Assembly (NCBI GenBank): GCA_028534125.1
Contig: CM052816.1
Location: 19,408,001-19,472,000 of the forward strand
DNA from: Lama glama
Taxonomy: Eukaryota
DNA length: 64,000 bases
Direction of reading: 5' to 3'
Below, one piece after another: positions 30,491 through 43,979 of this stretch. The notes under the pieces are model-generated. The model was not told the DNA's origin. It made no database searches and saw nothing but the letters and a program-made list of their open reading frames with translations. The first letter of the stretch is position 1. Every line of letters starts with the position of its first letter. The position numbers were made by a program, and so were the translations under genes.

Positions 30491-31445
30491 CAAAATAACT
30501 CTGCAGCCTATCCTCTTTCCCCCATCAGGACTCAAAAGCTGGCAGATGTCAGCCAGTCCATCACTGGCACCCAGGTGTTAGGGCAGGACCTCTCAGTCCA
30601 CGGCCCTCCTCAACTGGTTCTGGAAGAATTAAGGTCTGATTTAAGGTCAGGTATGAAATGTCAAGGGTGAGAATATGAGAAAGGAAAAATCAGGGCTAAT
30701 CAGAACAATCTGGGAAGGCTTCCTGTTAGAGGGGGCCTGGTGCTGAGTCTTGAAGGACAGGCAGATTGGAATGGGTATGCAGGAGTGGAGGTGAGACTGA
30801 GCCAGGCTAAGGGGAACCCTGGAGGATATGGTGAGAAGAAGGGGGAGACAGAATAGAGGAGCCTTAAATGCCAGGTGAGGGGTTTCAGGCCACTCTGAGA
30901 GAAGCAGCAGGAATCAAATCTGGCCAGGTCACTTCCCTGCTTCCAAATTGCCAAGCCGAGGACTCAAGGTCCTCAGAATCAGCTCCAGTGTCCTTTCCCA
31001 ACCCCGCCCGCTCCACCTCCCAAACTGCCAGCTTTGGCCACACCAACTTCTCAGAGCTCCCTTTTCAGCTCCCGCCCTCTTTCCTTTGTGTACGTGGTTC
31101 CTTCTGCTGGGACACCCTTCCACCCACCATAGGTGTAGCTGCGCACACACACATGCTCACACACTGCTTAACATATTTTCCAAGATGAAAATTGTGTTTT
31201 TTTCCTGATTATAAAATACATATTGATTCTCAAAATTCAGAAAGTTCAGAAGAGTGTAAGGACAAAGTCAAGACCGCCAAACTACTATTAGCATGATTAT
31301 CTTTCCAGACATCCCTCAGCACATGCACACATGTGCAGACACATAACGTTCCATACACTCACTCACTCTTACATAAAGGATATCATGTCACATGTTGTTC
31401 TAGAAGCCAGTTTTTTCACTCACATAAGATCAAGAACATCTATTC

Positions 31446-31549
31446 TTATAGCTCAGTGGTAGAGTACGTGCTTCGGTTGCACAAGGTCCCGGGTTCAATC
31501 CCCAGTGCCACCAATCAGATAAATAAAACTAATTACCACCCCCCACCAA
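31446..31549 (+). mobile_element. tRNA(Ala)-derived camelid SINE (vic-1-like), 5' end clipped
   Basis: A box TAGCTCAGTGG, B box GGTTCAATCC, tail aaataaaactaattacc; 14-bp TSD aagaacatctattc at 31432-31445 and 31550-31563. Confidence 0.88.
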
Positions 31550-32829
31550 AAGAACATCTATTCCTATCAATAAATCACTACTTTTCATATTAATTCAACC
31601 AGTCTCCCCACCAATGGGCATTTAGATAATTCCCTGATTTCTTTTACTGTGTTTCTATCCCAACCAGCCTCAGTAAACATCCGTATCCCTGCTTCTCTGT
31701 GCATTTGCCACCTGGCTCCTCAGGATGAGTTCATAAGCAGAACTGTTGGGCCACAGGAACACGGACGTGAAAGCTAATCTGCGTTGCCTTCTGAGAAGGC
31801 CACGCGTATTTGCACTGCCAAAAGCGGACAAGGGCGCCCGTCTCCGTACCCTGGCCAGTGCTAGGTTTTATCTATCATTTACCACCTGAGAGAGAAAAGT
31901 ATCTCACTGCCACTTTGTGTGTGTGCTTTCTCTTTTTTTTTTTTCCCAAGTACAAATGGTGTCACATATGTACTGTTCTTTGGCTGGCTTTTTCCACCTG
32001 ACATTTCTTTCACACCTTTTCCACTTGTTCATTCAAGGTTCGGGTGAAATGTTACCATCTCGGGCCAAGAACTTCCCAGAGTGTCCCCTCTGAAAACCCA
32101 CAGCTTCTGATGAGGTATCATGGGGTGCAGGAGCAGGCAGAGGGCCAGAAAGGACAGACTACAATATCACCAGCTAGGAGGCCAGCCTCCTGGGCGTGGG
32201 GGCCGCTCTGCGCGGCACTGACAAGGCTGGCTCATCCTGCCCGCTGAGCTCACGCCCGCTCAACGTGTCCCATCCACCAGCCACGCCTCCCTGTGGGCCT
32301 GCTTTACTCAAATCCTGGGAAGGGTGACTTCAAGCCAAACCCCTCTTCTGCCCAGGCTATAATTTCCTGATTAGGCACCACAGTCACCACCCATCTGCAC
32401 ACACTGATTGCTTCCTGTCGCCCTCTCCCATCCCTGGAGGTCCCAGGGCTCCCAGGGCCAAGTCAGGAGCTGCTGGACCAGCAGACTTCAGAGCCTCCAC
32501 CAGGCAGCAAGAAGGTGTCCACAAACTGGCTAAATGAGATCCATCTCAGGGGCCACCCTCCCTCCTCCCAGAGGCAGACACTGCTCAGAAGGAAATCATG
32601 GCTTGATTTTTAAAGTTTAAAAAACAGCTTTGATAAGAAAGAACAAGGTTGCCGTGAGAAGTAGAGCAGAGGGGCACACATATGGCCTGCATTCACATTT
32701 TGACTCTGCCCTCTAATGATGATCCTGGCCAAGCAACAGTCTCTCTGAGCGCTGCTTGCCCACCTATAAGATGGGGATGACAGTGCCTTAGAAGACAGCT
32801 GCACAGCGTGACAGGGGAGCAGTTAGTTA

Positions 32830-33030
32830 GACACGCTTGGTTGTGAATCCTGGTTCTTCCCCCTGAGCTGGACAACCTTGGGTATGTTACATCACCTCTT
32901 TGGACCTCAGTTTTGCCATCTGTTTAATGGGAATAATGAAAGCACCTAAATGTTGTTATTATATTCAAATCATGTATGTGAAAGTATGAGAACTACTGAC
33001 AAAATAGAAAGCGGTATTTCCACAGTCAAC
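32830..33030 (+). mobile_element. MIR SINE
   Basis: gaatcctggttct...accttgggtatgttacatcacctctttggacctcagttttgccatctgtttaatgggaataat. Confidence 0.65.
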
Positions 33031-35289
33031 AAAGAGGAGAGGCCATACCCTTTAGAGCCTCGGCCTGACCTCTGCTTGGACTACTCCTTCTCTGGCCCAG
33101 TGGCACGTTTTGAAGGGTGTTTTCATCTCAAGCCCCAATCCCAGGCATCAAGGCCCCCAGGGGAAGGAGGGTGTTGGGGCAGCTGTGATCTCAGGATGCT
33201 GAACTGTGGGGCAGCAAGGTGCCTGTGCTGTGAGATGTCACTGTCCCATCACCAGTTTAAAAAAGCTAGGATCAATCGCCAGTTTCCCAAGAGTTTTAGA
33301 ACAGACTCTTCCTCCCCCTCTGGCCTCTTCCACCCTTTCTTTTAAGACTTCAGTTTCATTTTGCAAAAAGCCGGTCACACTTAGTGCCAACCACCCTCAG
33401 GGGCACTTCACCTAGAGGCTTCAGATCACAGCTGGGGACTCACTCAGTGGTTTGTAAAGCTCTCTAAACATTTCCCAATTCTAGCCTGAGAGATGCCTAT
33501 TACACAGGGCCATCTTTAGGTCGCACAAATATAATCCAGACCCCAGGTGACTGAATCTATTCATGGGGCTCCATTTTTCAAAGGTACAGTTCAGCAACCA
33601 AAAATCATCTTTAAATAATTCCCATCACTATTTGCCCCTCTCAAGGAATATCAGTGGGCTTCCAGTCCTCACCCTATGAGGACACTTGCTGCCCCCATTC
33701 GTCCCCTTTCCAGTCACACCCTCCAGGTGGGTCAGAGCCTCTGTCCAATGTTTCTGACTCCCAGCCCTTGGCCTTTACTTTTCTTCCTCCCTGTCGGGCT
33801 CCTGTGGTGTAGTCCATCGAGACTTGCTGGGCTCTCAGTTTTCTCTGTCTTGCCCATTACCCTGCTTCTCTACCTCAGAAGAGAAGCCAGGAACCAACCA
33901 AGAAAGCTCAATGCTCCCTTTCCTTCCAGCTCTGCAGCCCTGCCTCTCCCCTGTCCTCCAAGCGCTGCATCACACCAAGCCTAAAGCGAAATCAGAGCTA
34001 GGGAAGGTGTGGCATGTGGCTGACCAAGTCCAGACAAAATTCTGGTACAGAGTGTGGGGAAGAGTAGGGCTCATGCGCTGATGAATCTCACTCCATCCCA
34101 CTGAGCTCCTTTCTCCCTGCTTCCCAACCCCCGCAGCTAGAATCAGCAACAATCACCTCCTTCCTGAGTTGCCTAGTTGGGAATTCAGAGCTGCCAACTC
34201 TCTTGAGAGCCTCTCGGGCAATGAAGCAGGACAGGCAACTGGAGGCCAGGGGCAGAGACCCAAACAGGGAGAGATAGAGCTGAGAGCAAAGCCTGACCTG
34301 GTAAGGGCAGTTCATCTTAGTAGGTGTCCTATCTCACCACACTGGAAGAAAACATCAAGATGTGCAATTTCCAGCATCTCAGTACTGGAGTTCTAGGGGC
34401 TGGTTGGAATAAAGAGGAGAGCTTATAGTCTCAATCACTGACTGGATTTCCATTTTATAGGGACTGCTTCCTGCTGGTAGAATCAACAAGCAGTTAAAAA
34501 AAAAAATCCGGCCACCTTCCAAACACCTCTAGCCTTGGATTCCATATCCTTCCTACAAGAGCTGGGGGCGGCCCTGGGCGTGACCAGAAGACTCAGGGCC
34601 AGGTCTCCAGCATCCCACTGCCGCTTCAACCACCTGGCTGGCAGGATGGAGAAGAGCGAGCCATTTGGGGGCAGTCTAATAGACCCGGGGGCTGGGGGTA
34701 GGGAGGAGGGTCCTGCTTTCCACAGCCAGGCCTGGGCAAGCAGAGTCACTTCTGCCCCAAGCAAATCAATTGAAAGCCTTGGCCAAGCCTGTTTGAGTTG
34801 GTGACAGCCCAAGTGGGAATTCCAATCTGCCAGTATTTGCTCTGCAGGCAAAGAGAGCCAAACAGAAATGCTGCTTTGGGACTTGGCGCCAAATATCCAC
34901 TGGCTTGTTCTGACAGCAGCGCTGAGCCAGCCCTCTGCACGTCACCCTCTTCCGGCTCTCAGTTCTGTGAAAGCCTTCTCTGCTCATGCCCTTAAAGGCA
35001 GCCTGCCCTCGGCCATGCCTGGGGCTTCCCTGCTGGGACCTCCTAGCTGCTCATCCCACGCTGCTCTATCTGGACACCCATTCACCCCTCCACCCCCACA
35101 GCTTCCTGACCTCCACTTACTGCCTTCAGCTCCATAATTTCACCCCCACCACTTCACTGTTGGTCGGTCGAGTGTCTCTTCAGCGCATGACCAGCACAGC
35201 CCACCACCATAGCTGGTCGCACAGCACAGGTCGAGTTGAGAGCCAGGAAGCACGAACAATAGTTGACTATGTCTTTTTTTTTACACTCT

Positions 35290-35440
35290 CACATGTATTT
35301 CATTTGACCTTACAGTTGGACACTTTTATCAACCTATTTCTCAGAGGAAATAACTGAGGTTTCCAAAGACCGAACACTTTGCCCAAGGTCACCTGATTAA
35401 GGAATCCAGGTCTCTGGACTCTAAAACCACAGTACTTATT
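35290..35440 (-). mobile_element. MIR SINE fragment
   Basis: tttctcagaggaaataactgaggt...ttgcccaaggtcac...atccaggtctctggactctaaa. Confidence 0.6.
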
Positions 35441-37142
35441 AACTTAACTCCCTGAGGAAATTTTTTTAATCTTTTGTTCACTCCCAGAGGCCTAGGGCAA
35501 CTCCCAGGATTCTGGGGTGAGAACAGGTAGAGGTGTTTTCAGATCCCCCAAGCAACACTGGCACATCCAGTGTGGGGCAGCTGGCAGTGTCTGCTTTGTC
35601 CCAGTCCTGAATCGGAGCCACTACCTGAGGCCTGGGTGCCTGTGGACTGGGCTGCACCTGCCAGAGCATCCCTGCAAGCCCCCAGCAGGGAGTCAACCCT
35701 TCATATTTAGGCCTTGGATGCATACCCCATTACTTCAGGCCTACCTCCCAGGGCACTGGCACAAAGTTCTCTCCACCCCAGGAAGCAGCGAGGCCACATG
35801 CGCTGCCCTCGGAAGCTTCCCCACAGCATGGTGATCAGTCTCACACCCCAGAGCCATCCTCCTTGGCACCCTTGCACACAATTCTCAATTTGGTCCTGAG
35901 TGTGCACATTTGCAAATGGAAATAATTTGAGCATCTTAGAAGACATGTGCCCTCTGCATTCAAACAATTACTATCACGTCCTGAGGGAAATTTTCTCTCA
36001 TCAAATCTGGTTGGATGACTCTCTCCACCCTACACAACTGTGGGCACCAAGAGGGCCAGGGTGAGACCATGGATTTCTCATCACAGAACCCGCAGCACCC
36101 AGCACAGCTCAGGAAATAGGAATCAGATGGATGGATGAAACAGCAAGTAAAGGTTTCCTCTGGCCCTTGTCCCCTGGCCTCAGGGGTGCTGCCATCCAGG
36201 CCCAGAGCCCATGGACCACCCCCAGGGGACCCTGGTCCAGTCATTCTCAATTCTACAAGTTTTCTACTGACCTGATTCCCCAGAGTGGGTCTGCACCTTT
36301 CTGCACACACCAGCTTTACCCAGAACTCATCTGTCCTCTGTCTAGGACAGCACTGCTAAGGTAACAGGCCTCAGGAACACTTCTCAGCCATGGGAGCAGA
36401 GGGGGGCACTGCTGGGAGCCTGGCCAGTTGGGAGCAAGGGCCGCCATACCCCACCTGGGCCTTCAGATGGCTCCATCATAGCTGGACCAGGGTGGGGCCA
36501 GGACCTTAGTAACTCTGGCAGTCATTTGGCCAAGAATGACATGAAAATGCCACTTTTTAAGTGAAGACTTCTAACTAAAGGGAGGGTGCGGACCAAAGTA
36601 CCCGATGCTGCCACTCCCCTGGCCCCTGCATGAGGTACCCCCTGAGCTGCCTGCCCACACAACAGAATCCTGCCAGTCAAGGCGGCACCCCATGGGAACC
36701 ACCATCACTGTGAGTCTAGGAAAAAGCAGAGGAGAATTCCAAAGTGGTGGGGGGTCTCTACAGCAGCGAGTGCACAGAGAGGTGGCTCTGCTAGGTGTAG
36801 GGACACCCACACAGACATGCCCAGCAGAGCTTCCAGATCGGTAGGGCCACCCAAGTTCAAAGGAGCCATGCACTCTCATGGGACAGCTGGAGGTCCTTCT
36901 TGGTCTGGGGTCCTTAGGTGGCTATCCCAGAAGCCCAGTGGGTCTTTGCTGCTGGGATCAAGGGAGGAGGGAGCCTGTATAGATTCTAGATGTGGCCTCT
37001 GGCCAGGATGAGTCTCGAGCCCTCCTCTCCCTACTCCCAAAGTCTGGCTGACTCCAGGGGCACCTACTCACACCTGACTCCCAGAGGTGGAAAAACACCA
37101 TGATCATAGCAACTGTGGAGAGGCCAACTCAGAAAGTCTGTG

Positions 37143-37148
37143 TTTAAT
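37143..37148 (-). terminator. CATSPER3: Probable CATSPER3 polyadenylation signal (ATTAAA)
   Basis: tttaat on + is ATTAAA on -, about 52 nt after the stop codon. Confidence 0.65.
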
Positions 37149-37200
37149 GGGTACCCGGCACAGCCTGTGAGACCATTGGTGCCTAGGTGCCCACACCTAG

Positions 37201-37306
37201 CTACTTATCATCCACCTTCTCCGAGGACTGCGACTGCTCCTTCTGGGGCAAGTCTTCAAGCATCAGCCTCAGCACATGCACCATCTCGTAGTACAGCTCC
37301 TGAAGC
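37201..37306 (-). CDS. CATSPER3: Cation channel sperm-associated 3, last coding exon (exon 8, 106 nt)
   Basis: Acceptor tctccag|G; (K)LQELYYEMVHVLRLMLEDLPQKEQSQSSEKVDDK*. Confidence 0.95.
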
Positions 37307-38168
37307 CTGGAGACAAAGGGAAGGGGGCCTGAGCTCACTGGTGGGCTGCACCCGGCCCTGCACCCTGCATGTTCGCCACTTCTAGCAGGTGTGGAGTCAA
37401 AGAAGAGCAAGGACTTCAGGCTCAGATCAGGCTGGGTGGGAAACCTGGGTCTGCCACTTTACCTGTGACCCCAGGAGCAAGTGACTTCACTACAGGGTCA
37501 AGTTGGAGACAACAGACTCCTGGGCTCTGAGTGAGGGGATCAGATGTGCCCAGACACTGCCTGGCCCACTCTTGATCCTAGGTCCCCTCCTTTCAGTTCC
37601 TCCAGTCCACGAAGCTCTCTGGGGGGCTTTTATTGAGAAACCAGGCTAATCATGTCCCTCCCCTTCCTGCAGTAACGGCCAGTTACGATCCCAGCTGACT
37701 CACACTGAGCACTGGCCGGGGCCAGGCCGAGCTCGGAGCTTCATACACACTGCTTTCCAAGAATCAGCCCCTCCTGTGACAGGTGGGAAAGAGACAAAGA
37801 CCCGGCCAGAGTCGCACAGGAAGCAGTGGCAGAACCAGGCCAGGAGCCTCAGCTTCTGTCTTGTCAAGACAGGGCTCTTTCCTCTGCCCTCTGAAAAGGG
37901 CTTAGTGGGGAGGGGCCTGAAGATCCAAAGGAGCCAGTATTAAAATATGGGTCAGGGGTACTAGGCAGGGCCAGGGGAGTAGAGTCCCACCAGCCTGGGC
38001 CTGTCTACACAGCAGCCCAGTCCCATGCACCCCCAAGAAAGACCTCGTTCTACCCACCCTGCACATCGGCCACCACCCCCCTTGCTCTCACAGGGTACCC
38101 TCAAAGAAGCCTGGGGACCAGGAAAGGCCTGGCACCCGTGGGCCAGGGTCAGCAGGGCTGGGACTGAC

Positions 38169-38323
38169 TTGCTGATGGTAGCATCCTGGTTGTCCAGAGT
38201 GGACAAGTAGACATCAATGAAGGGTAGGCTGGTGCCAAAATCGTCCAAGACCATGGGGTCAGTGTGCTGCAGGGTCTTCTTGAAGTTCTCCACCAGCTCA
38301 GCAAAACTATAGTCAACATTTTT
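38169..38323 (-). CDS. CATSPER3: CATSPER3 exon 7 (155 nt)
   Basis: ctgtag|AAA...AA|gtcagt; KNVDYSFAELVENFKKTLQHTDPMVLDDFGTSLPFIDVYLSTLDNQDATIS(K); phase 2 matches exon 8. Confidence 0.95.
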
Positions 38324-39189
38324 CTACAGAGAGGAGCATAAATATGAGAACGAGAATGAGAATGAGGAGGAGGTGATCAGGCTACACAGACACCTGGGGA
38401 CCCTCCATGAGGCACCCAGGCAGAGGCCTGACCCTGGTCCCAGGATGAGCCTTGAGCCTAATCACAGGTTCACCCCAACCCCTTCTGGGCCTGGACCCCA
38501 CTGACTGAGGTCACATGGTGAGCCAGCATCACTGACATGAGGACAGGTGACTCAGGCAGAAATCAGTGAGAGTCTGAGCATGGCTTAGCCTTTCACCCTG
38601 CTCTGGACAACCTTGGGCGCATCGAGATAGGCGGCTGTCTCCATCTCAGACAGGAGGCTGAAAAGGAGGCACTGGCCACATGGGGGGAAACGGGGTAGCG
38701 CCCAGGGCTCAACACAGGGGGCTCAGAGCACTCAGCTGAAAAGGGAAGGCTTCCGCCCCACTTCACAGTTGTAGCTTGCAGAAAAGCCCCAGCCTGTTGT
38801 GCTCACTCTCCTTCTGGTTTAGAAAAACCAAGGTTAGTAACACCTGTCAGGGCTTCTATGGCCTCACCCACTCAGCAGACAGGTACCCAGCCTGCCTGGC
38901 ACCCAGGGAGCCCTCAGGAACAAGGGTGCTCCAGGCAAAGGGCCCAGCAGTAGAGTTCTTCCCACGAAGGAGAAAAAATATCATAATCACAGCACTCAAC
39001 ACTGGAAGAGGCTCGGAGAAATACAAAAATGCCAAGAATAAAGTCTGATTCTGAAAAGCACAGGGGGTGAGTACCTGACTTAACAAATGCCACAGATGTC
39101 CAAGGCCACCTGCCCTCCACATGGGCCACACCAGTCCTTCAGCCCTGACTATCCTTCTGCTTGTCCGCCTGCCTGTGGAGGTCCCTTAC

Positions 39190-39309
39190 CTGCGTCTGCA
39201 TCAGCTGGCTGACCTCCTCCTGCTGCCGCTTCAGAATTGCCTGCTTCTCCTCCATCAGAATCGTGTGTCTCTCCAGCGTCAGCTCCCGCTCAAACTTTTT
39301 CATGGAATT
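39190..39309 (-). CDS. CATSPER3: CATSPER3 exon 6 (120 nt; coiled-coil region)
   Basis: cctcag|AAT...CAG|gtaagg; NSMKKFERELTLERHTILMEEKQAILKRQQEEVSQLMQTQ. Confidence 0.95.
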
Positions 39310-39687
39310 CTGAGGGTGGGAGGATGGAGGGAAGGTGTGGGCCCTCACTGTGTACCCCACCCCTCATCTTCCTTCTCCTCCAGCCTTGCACTGCTGCTCA
39401 GGCCCCTCAGCAGGAGGACCTCCCCCCATAGGGGGCCAGCCCCCAATTCAAGCAGCCAGTTGCAGATGCAGTGATTTCTCAAGCACCTGTCCTGCTGGCC
39501 ACCATCATGAGGTGGGGAGAATGCACAGACTCATGGAAAGTTGGGCTGGGGTAGGGAAGGACCCACCTGGCCACCTCCCCTCCACTCTAGGAGGGAGACA
39601 GCTCAGGGTCCTCCCTGGAGACTGGGCCCACAGCTCCACCTGCCATACCTAACCCCCACCTCCCCATCCTTACAAGTGCCACCTCAC

Positions 39688-39828
39688 CTCAGTGTGAATG
39701 ATCATCACTCCCACAAACATACTGAGGAAGACGAAGGAGGCAAGCAAAATGAAGATGATGGTGAACACCCGGCTCAGAAGAAAATTCCGGGCATCCAGCT
39801 GCTCCTGCAGGTCTGTCCAGCCATCAAC
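39688..39828 (-). CDS. CATSPER3: CATSPER3 exon 5 (141 nt; pore filter and S6)
   Basis: gaacag|GTT...GAG|gtgagg; VDGWTDLQEQLDARNFLLSRVFTIIFILLASFVFLSMFVGVMIIHTE; completes the CatSper TxDxW filter (T|VDGW). Confidence 0.96.
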
Positions 39829-40524
39829 CTGTTCCGGCAGAGCAGGGTATGCTGGTGCCAAGACCCAGAGGAGCAGGCCTCATGCTCAGCTCCCCTAGGG
39901 GCGCCCCAGCCCCACTGAGGAGTAGCCTGGCTCTATTTGCATTTCAGCCCCTCAACAGTTTCCTAATCCACTGACTCCAGTGCAACACATGCTGGCCTGG
40001 TGATGCAGGGCCCCACAGGGTAGGGGCACTTCTGACCAAGGTGGCCTGAGGGCTCTTCTCCAAAAGGTCTCCCATCCTTCCCAAAAAGACACTGCCTCTC
40101 TTCCAGGTCCTCCTGTGGAAAGACTCAAGTCTTTCCAGAGTCCAACAGAATCTAGACTTCTAGGCTTGGGCTAATGCAGGCTTATTCTGGGTGGATTTGT
40201 GACAGCCTGTTCCCAAAAAGGCTATGTGACATGGGTTTCATGTCTAAATGAAACTTAATCCAAATGAATTATCTTTTGAGAACTTTTTGAAAGTTTTACA
40301 ACCCTGTGAGACAAATAAGAATGCTCTAGGGAATCATAAGATTAGAGACAGAGATGGACTCCTGGCCAGGGCACTGGCCTGTGCTTAGCCCTGGGAGGAC
40401 AGCCCAGCTAAGTGCCTGAACATGGGGGAGGCCCCATGTGAGGCCCAGCATGTCCACACACTCACACCAGCGGGCCATCACTTCTTGACGCCCCTGCCCC
40501 CAACACCGTTCCCAAACACAGTAC

Positions 40525-40707
40525 CGTGGCCAAGCTGAAGAGGGTAAAGAAGGCCAAAGCCAGGTTCCCCCAGTTATCCAGGTCAGCCCTCTCTGAAACT
40601 CCAAATAGGCAGAAGCCCAGGATAGCGAAGATGTACATCAGGACGAAGAACAGGATGAGCACGGAAGCCACGATACTGGCTATCTGCCCCACAGAGGTGA
40701 TGAGGGT
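40525..40707 (-). CDS. CATSPER3: CATSPER3 exon 4 (183 nt; S5 and pore helix)
   Basis: ttgcag|ACC...ACG|gtactg; TLITSVGQIASIVASVLILFFVLMYIFAILGFCLFG...NWGNLALAFFTLFSLAT. Confidence 0.96.
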
Positions 40708-40789
40708 CTGCAAGGCAGAGGTGCTGGGTCTAAGCCAGGCTGCCAGGCCAGGCTGGGCTCAGAGGACAGAGGTCCAGTGTGCCCCAACG

Positions 40790-40876
40790 CCAGTTGTCCC
40801 CAGCATCCAGTGCCTGGCACATGGTAGATGCTCAATAAATGGTTGTATGATGAATGAACAAATGAATGAGTGAATG
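40790..40876 (+). mobile_element. L2 LINE 3' end
   Basis: cagtgcctggcacatggtagatgctcaataaatggttg...tgaatgaacaaatgaatga is a typical L2 terminus. Confidence 0.7.
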
Positions 40877-43800
40877 GGAACTGCGCCCAGATGAGGGCTA
40901 CCCCAATTTAACAGTGGTTTACCAATACCTGGTCTCCACACTCAGTCACCCATGGGCAGATCGCCTGTGCTGCCCCAGGGCGGGGGTAGTCACCCGTCAG
41001 CACCACTAACCACTCCACCTGAACCCCAGGCTGCATCTGTGGTCATCCCAGGATGTCCTGCTCCTGCTTCTCAGCTGAGGGCCAGCCCTGAATGATCTTC
41101 CAGACCCAAGAAGAGTAGCAGAGCCACCCTAGGAGTGGGAATGAAGAGGGCTGAGGGACCTGGCTTCCCATTCTTCCTGGACCCCATTTCACAGGAAGGT
41201 CTCCACCTTGTGACCTCAGGCTTCCCCTGTGAAATGGGTGTTTGCTTGTCTCATCTCCCACTCTTCATCGTTCATGCTTTATGCCCGTGTCTTGCCAATA
41301 CACGGTCACCTGCCTGGACACTGACACTGACACAGACATCAGGTCAAGGCAGACAGATGTTATTATTCTTCACATTTCAAGATGAGGGATCAGAGACTCA
41401 GAAAAGCAAAGTGCCTTGGCCAGGGTCTCACTGCAATATAATGGCAGAGCTGGAACTGCCCTTTGCCTTGTGCCACCACCGCCAACCACAAAAGCATATT
41501 TTACTAAGCCAAGAAACTGTTTATTGACTTAACACTAGGGAAGGAGGTACTGATAGAGCTGGGACATGGGACAGTGAATTTTCGACAGTTTGAGAGTAAT
41601 TTGGGAAGCAGAGAGATAACCCAGAAGCACTAGGGCTGCCCTGCACATGAACTGGTTTGGCAGCTGCCTGCAGGGGCAACCGCACACACAACGCCTCCTT
41701 CCTCTCCTTGGGGGAAGAAAATCAGTGTTTGAGAATTAATTCCAAAAGAATTAAGAGGTAAAAAATTGCCTCCAACCCTGCAAGAGAGATAGAACTTCTT
41801 TCCCAAGAACTTCTAAGACTGAAGAGGTAAGAACTCACGAGAAACGCAGCAATGGGACGCAGTTTACAGGTGAGGTCTGTGCGGGCAGGGAGGGGCAGCG
41901 CCTCGTGCAGGAACCCGAGGCACCACAGAAGGATGGGGGAGAGGACTGGCTGGGTCCCCTGCTTCCAGGCTAGTCTGCAGGCCCAGCGGTGCCTGTGGTC
42001 AAAGCCAAGCAACCTTGAGAACAGCCATGGAGCAGATGTCACGCTCCCTGGAAGCCTATGTGGGACTGGCTCCTGCCAGCTGGCCTTGGCCTCGTTCTTC
42101 CAGCACCATCCAGGCAGGACCCACTGGTCTGCAGTCCAGGGTGTGCAGGAATCCAGTCCCAGAGACAGTTGCCCAGATCCCCATAGGCTGGTAGCTCCTA
42201 ACCTGAGGAAGTCGGGGCCTTCTAGGCCTACAGCCTGGCCCCAAGTAAGTACCTGATTCTGAATTTCCCAGTTCTTTGGGGAAGCAATTCCTAGTCCCCA
42301 GTTCAGCTCCCCTGGGCTGAGTCAAGCTGCAGCTGCCCTCTGGGTCCTGGGGCATTCCAGATATGGAGAGGCATGTGGCAGGTGATGGGCCCCAAGGAGG
42401 AGGAGGGAGGCGGGGGATGGGGCCTGGGCTCCCACCACAGCCAGGTGTCTGAAGGTTGTTCTTCAGGCTGAAATGGAGATGAACAGGGACAGCGTGGCCA
42501 TTGGCTGTCCAGCTAACAGAACCTCTCTGTGTATAAAACAACACGGAACAATTTCCTCACAGTGCAAGTTTATTGCCATGGGTCAGAAGGCAAAATGTCA
42601 CTTTAATTAATCAGAAAAAAAGGAGCAAAAGTTTGCCAGAGGGCCCTCTCTGGGCACTGAGCTGAGGCTCCATGAGAGCCTCATTTAGACTTCAATGAAT
42701 ATAAATTAACACAGAGGTACAAGGTCTCACCTTTGGCACCTCCAGCTCCCCCTGGCCAGCTAGCCAGGCCAGGGTACAGAGAGCATCCCCAAAGCCACAG
42801 AAGAGCCACCGCCAGGGCGTCTGGTGGTCCCCAGGGAATAACTTTTGGATACAAGGCTCTGCTTAATGACAGAAAGACCCTGAGGTCAAATACGGACCAT
42901 ATGTCTATGCACATGCTGTGTCTGCGTGCCCATGGGTCACTGTGCATATCTTCGAGGACAAAAGGCTGAGCAGAGGCCTGTGGTCACCAAGCAAGCCAGG
43001 CTGAGCTGTGGGACAGGCCTTGGCCAGTGAGGAGGGCTGTGTGCCCTGCACTGCGTCCCTGGGCTGTCCTCGCCAGGCCCCAAGACTCAGGCTTTCCCCC
43101 TGACCAGGCTGCCATGACACGACACCACGATGCACCCAGCAGGTAGTCAGTGCCCTCAGCCTCACAAGGGGACACTCTGGGTCCCTGCCCTCCCCTCAAA
43201 CCCCAAGACAGAAGCCCCTCCTGCCACTGGTATTTTCTGTGTCCTCCTCCCTGAGCAGTCCTGGACTTCCCATCCCTCAGCCCATCGCCATCACCTCCTT
43301 CCTCTCATGACTCCTGCAGGTCTCTGGCACCCTCATTCTACGGTGATCTGGCCTTCCCTGAAAATCTCCTCTTGCCTGAGGACGTCACTTCTTAGAAGCT
43401 CTCTTGAAGGAGGCTGCCTGTCCCCCAACTGACCTGATTCAGGAGGCCACCCTCTACCTCATCCTCGAAGCCCTGGCCTCCAAGGGCAAAGCCCCTGCCT
43501 CTGGGCAGGGCCAACTTTCCACCTTCCCATTCCTCTGCTTCAGGCTTCACCCCATCCTCCTGTCATCCTAGGGGCTTTCAGCATCTCACTGGACACCCAC
43601 CATCCCCCAGGCCTCTTGTTCCCTTGACTTCCTCATCTCCAGTGACCCTTGCCCCTGCTCCCTTGGGGCCCAACACCCAGAAAACCAGGCTATACTCCCC
43701 ACTGTCTAATCACTCCCTCACTCTGAGGTGTCCACCTCCCAGCACTTACCCCTCAGGGAGCTCCTGTCTTTCCTGTCCACCTGACTTACTCTCATCCCTC

Positions 43801-43979
43801 CCTGACACAGATTCTAATGCCCAGCCCCCCAGACACTCCCCTTCCCACTAGGACACATTATCAGGTCTATCTCTAGCCCATGAGCAAGGGGAGCCACTCT
43901 CAGGTGTGAAAGGAAGGATGCCATGATTTGAGGTACACTTCAGTGCTTCTCTCAGCTGCTGGGGCATTTCTGCTCCAGG

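Noticed and set aside
31446..31512. tRNA-like sequence with A and B boxes
   Set aside because: It lacks the 5' acceptor stem and has a SINE tail and a 14-bp TSD, so it is a SINE, not a tRNA gene.
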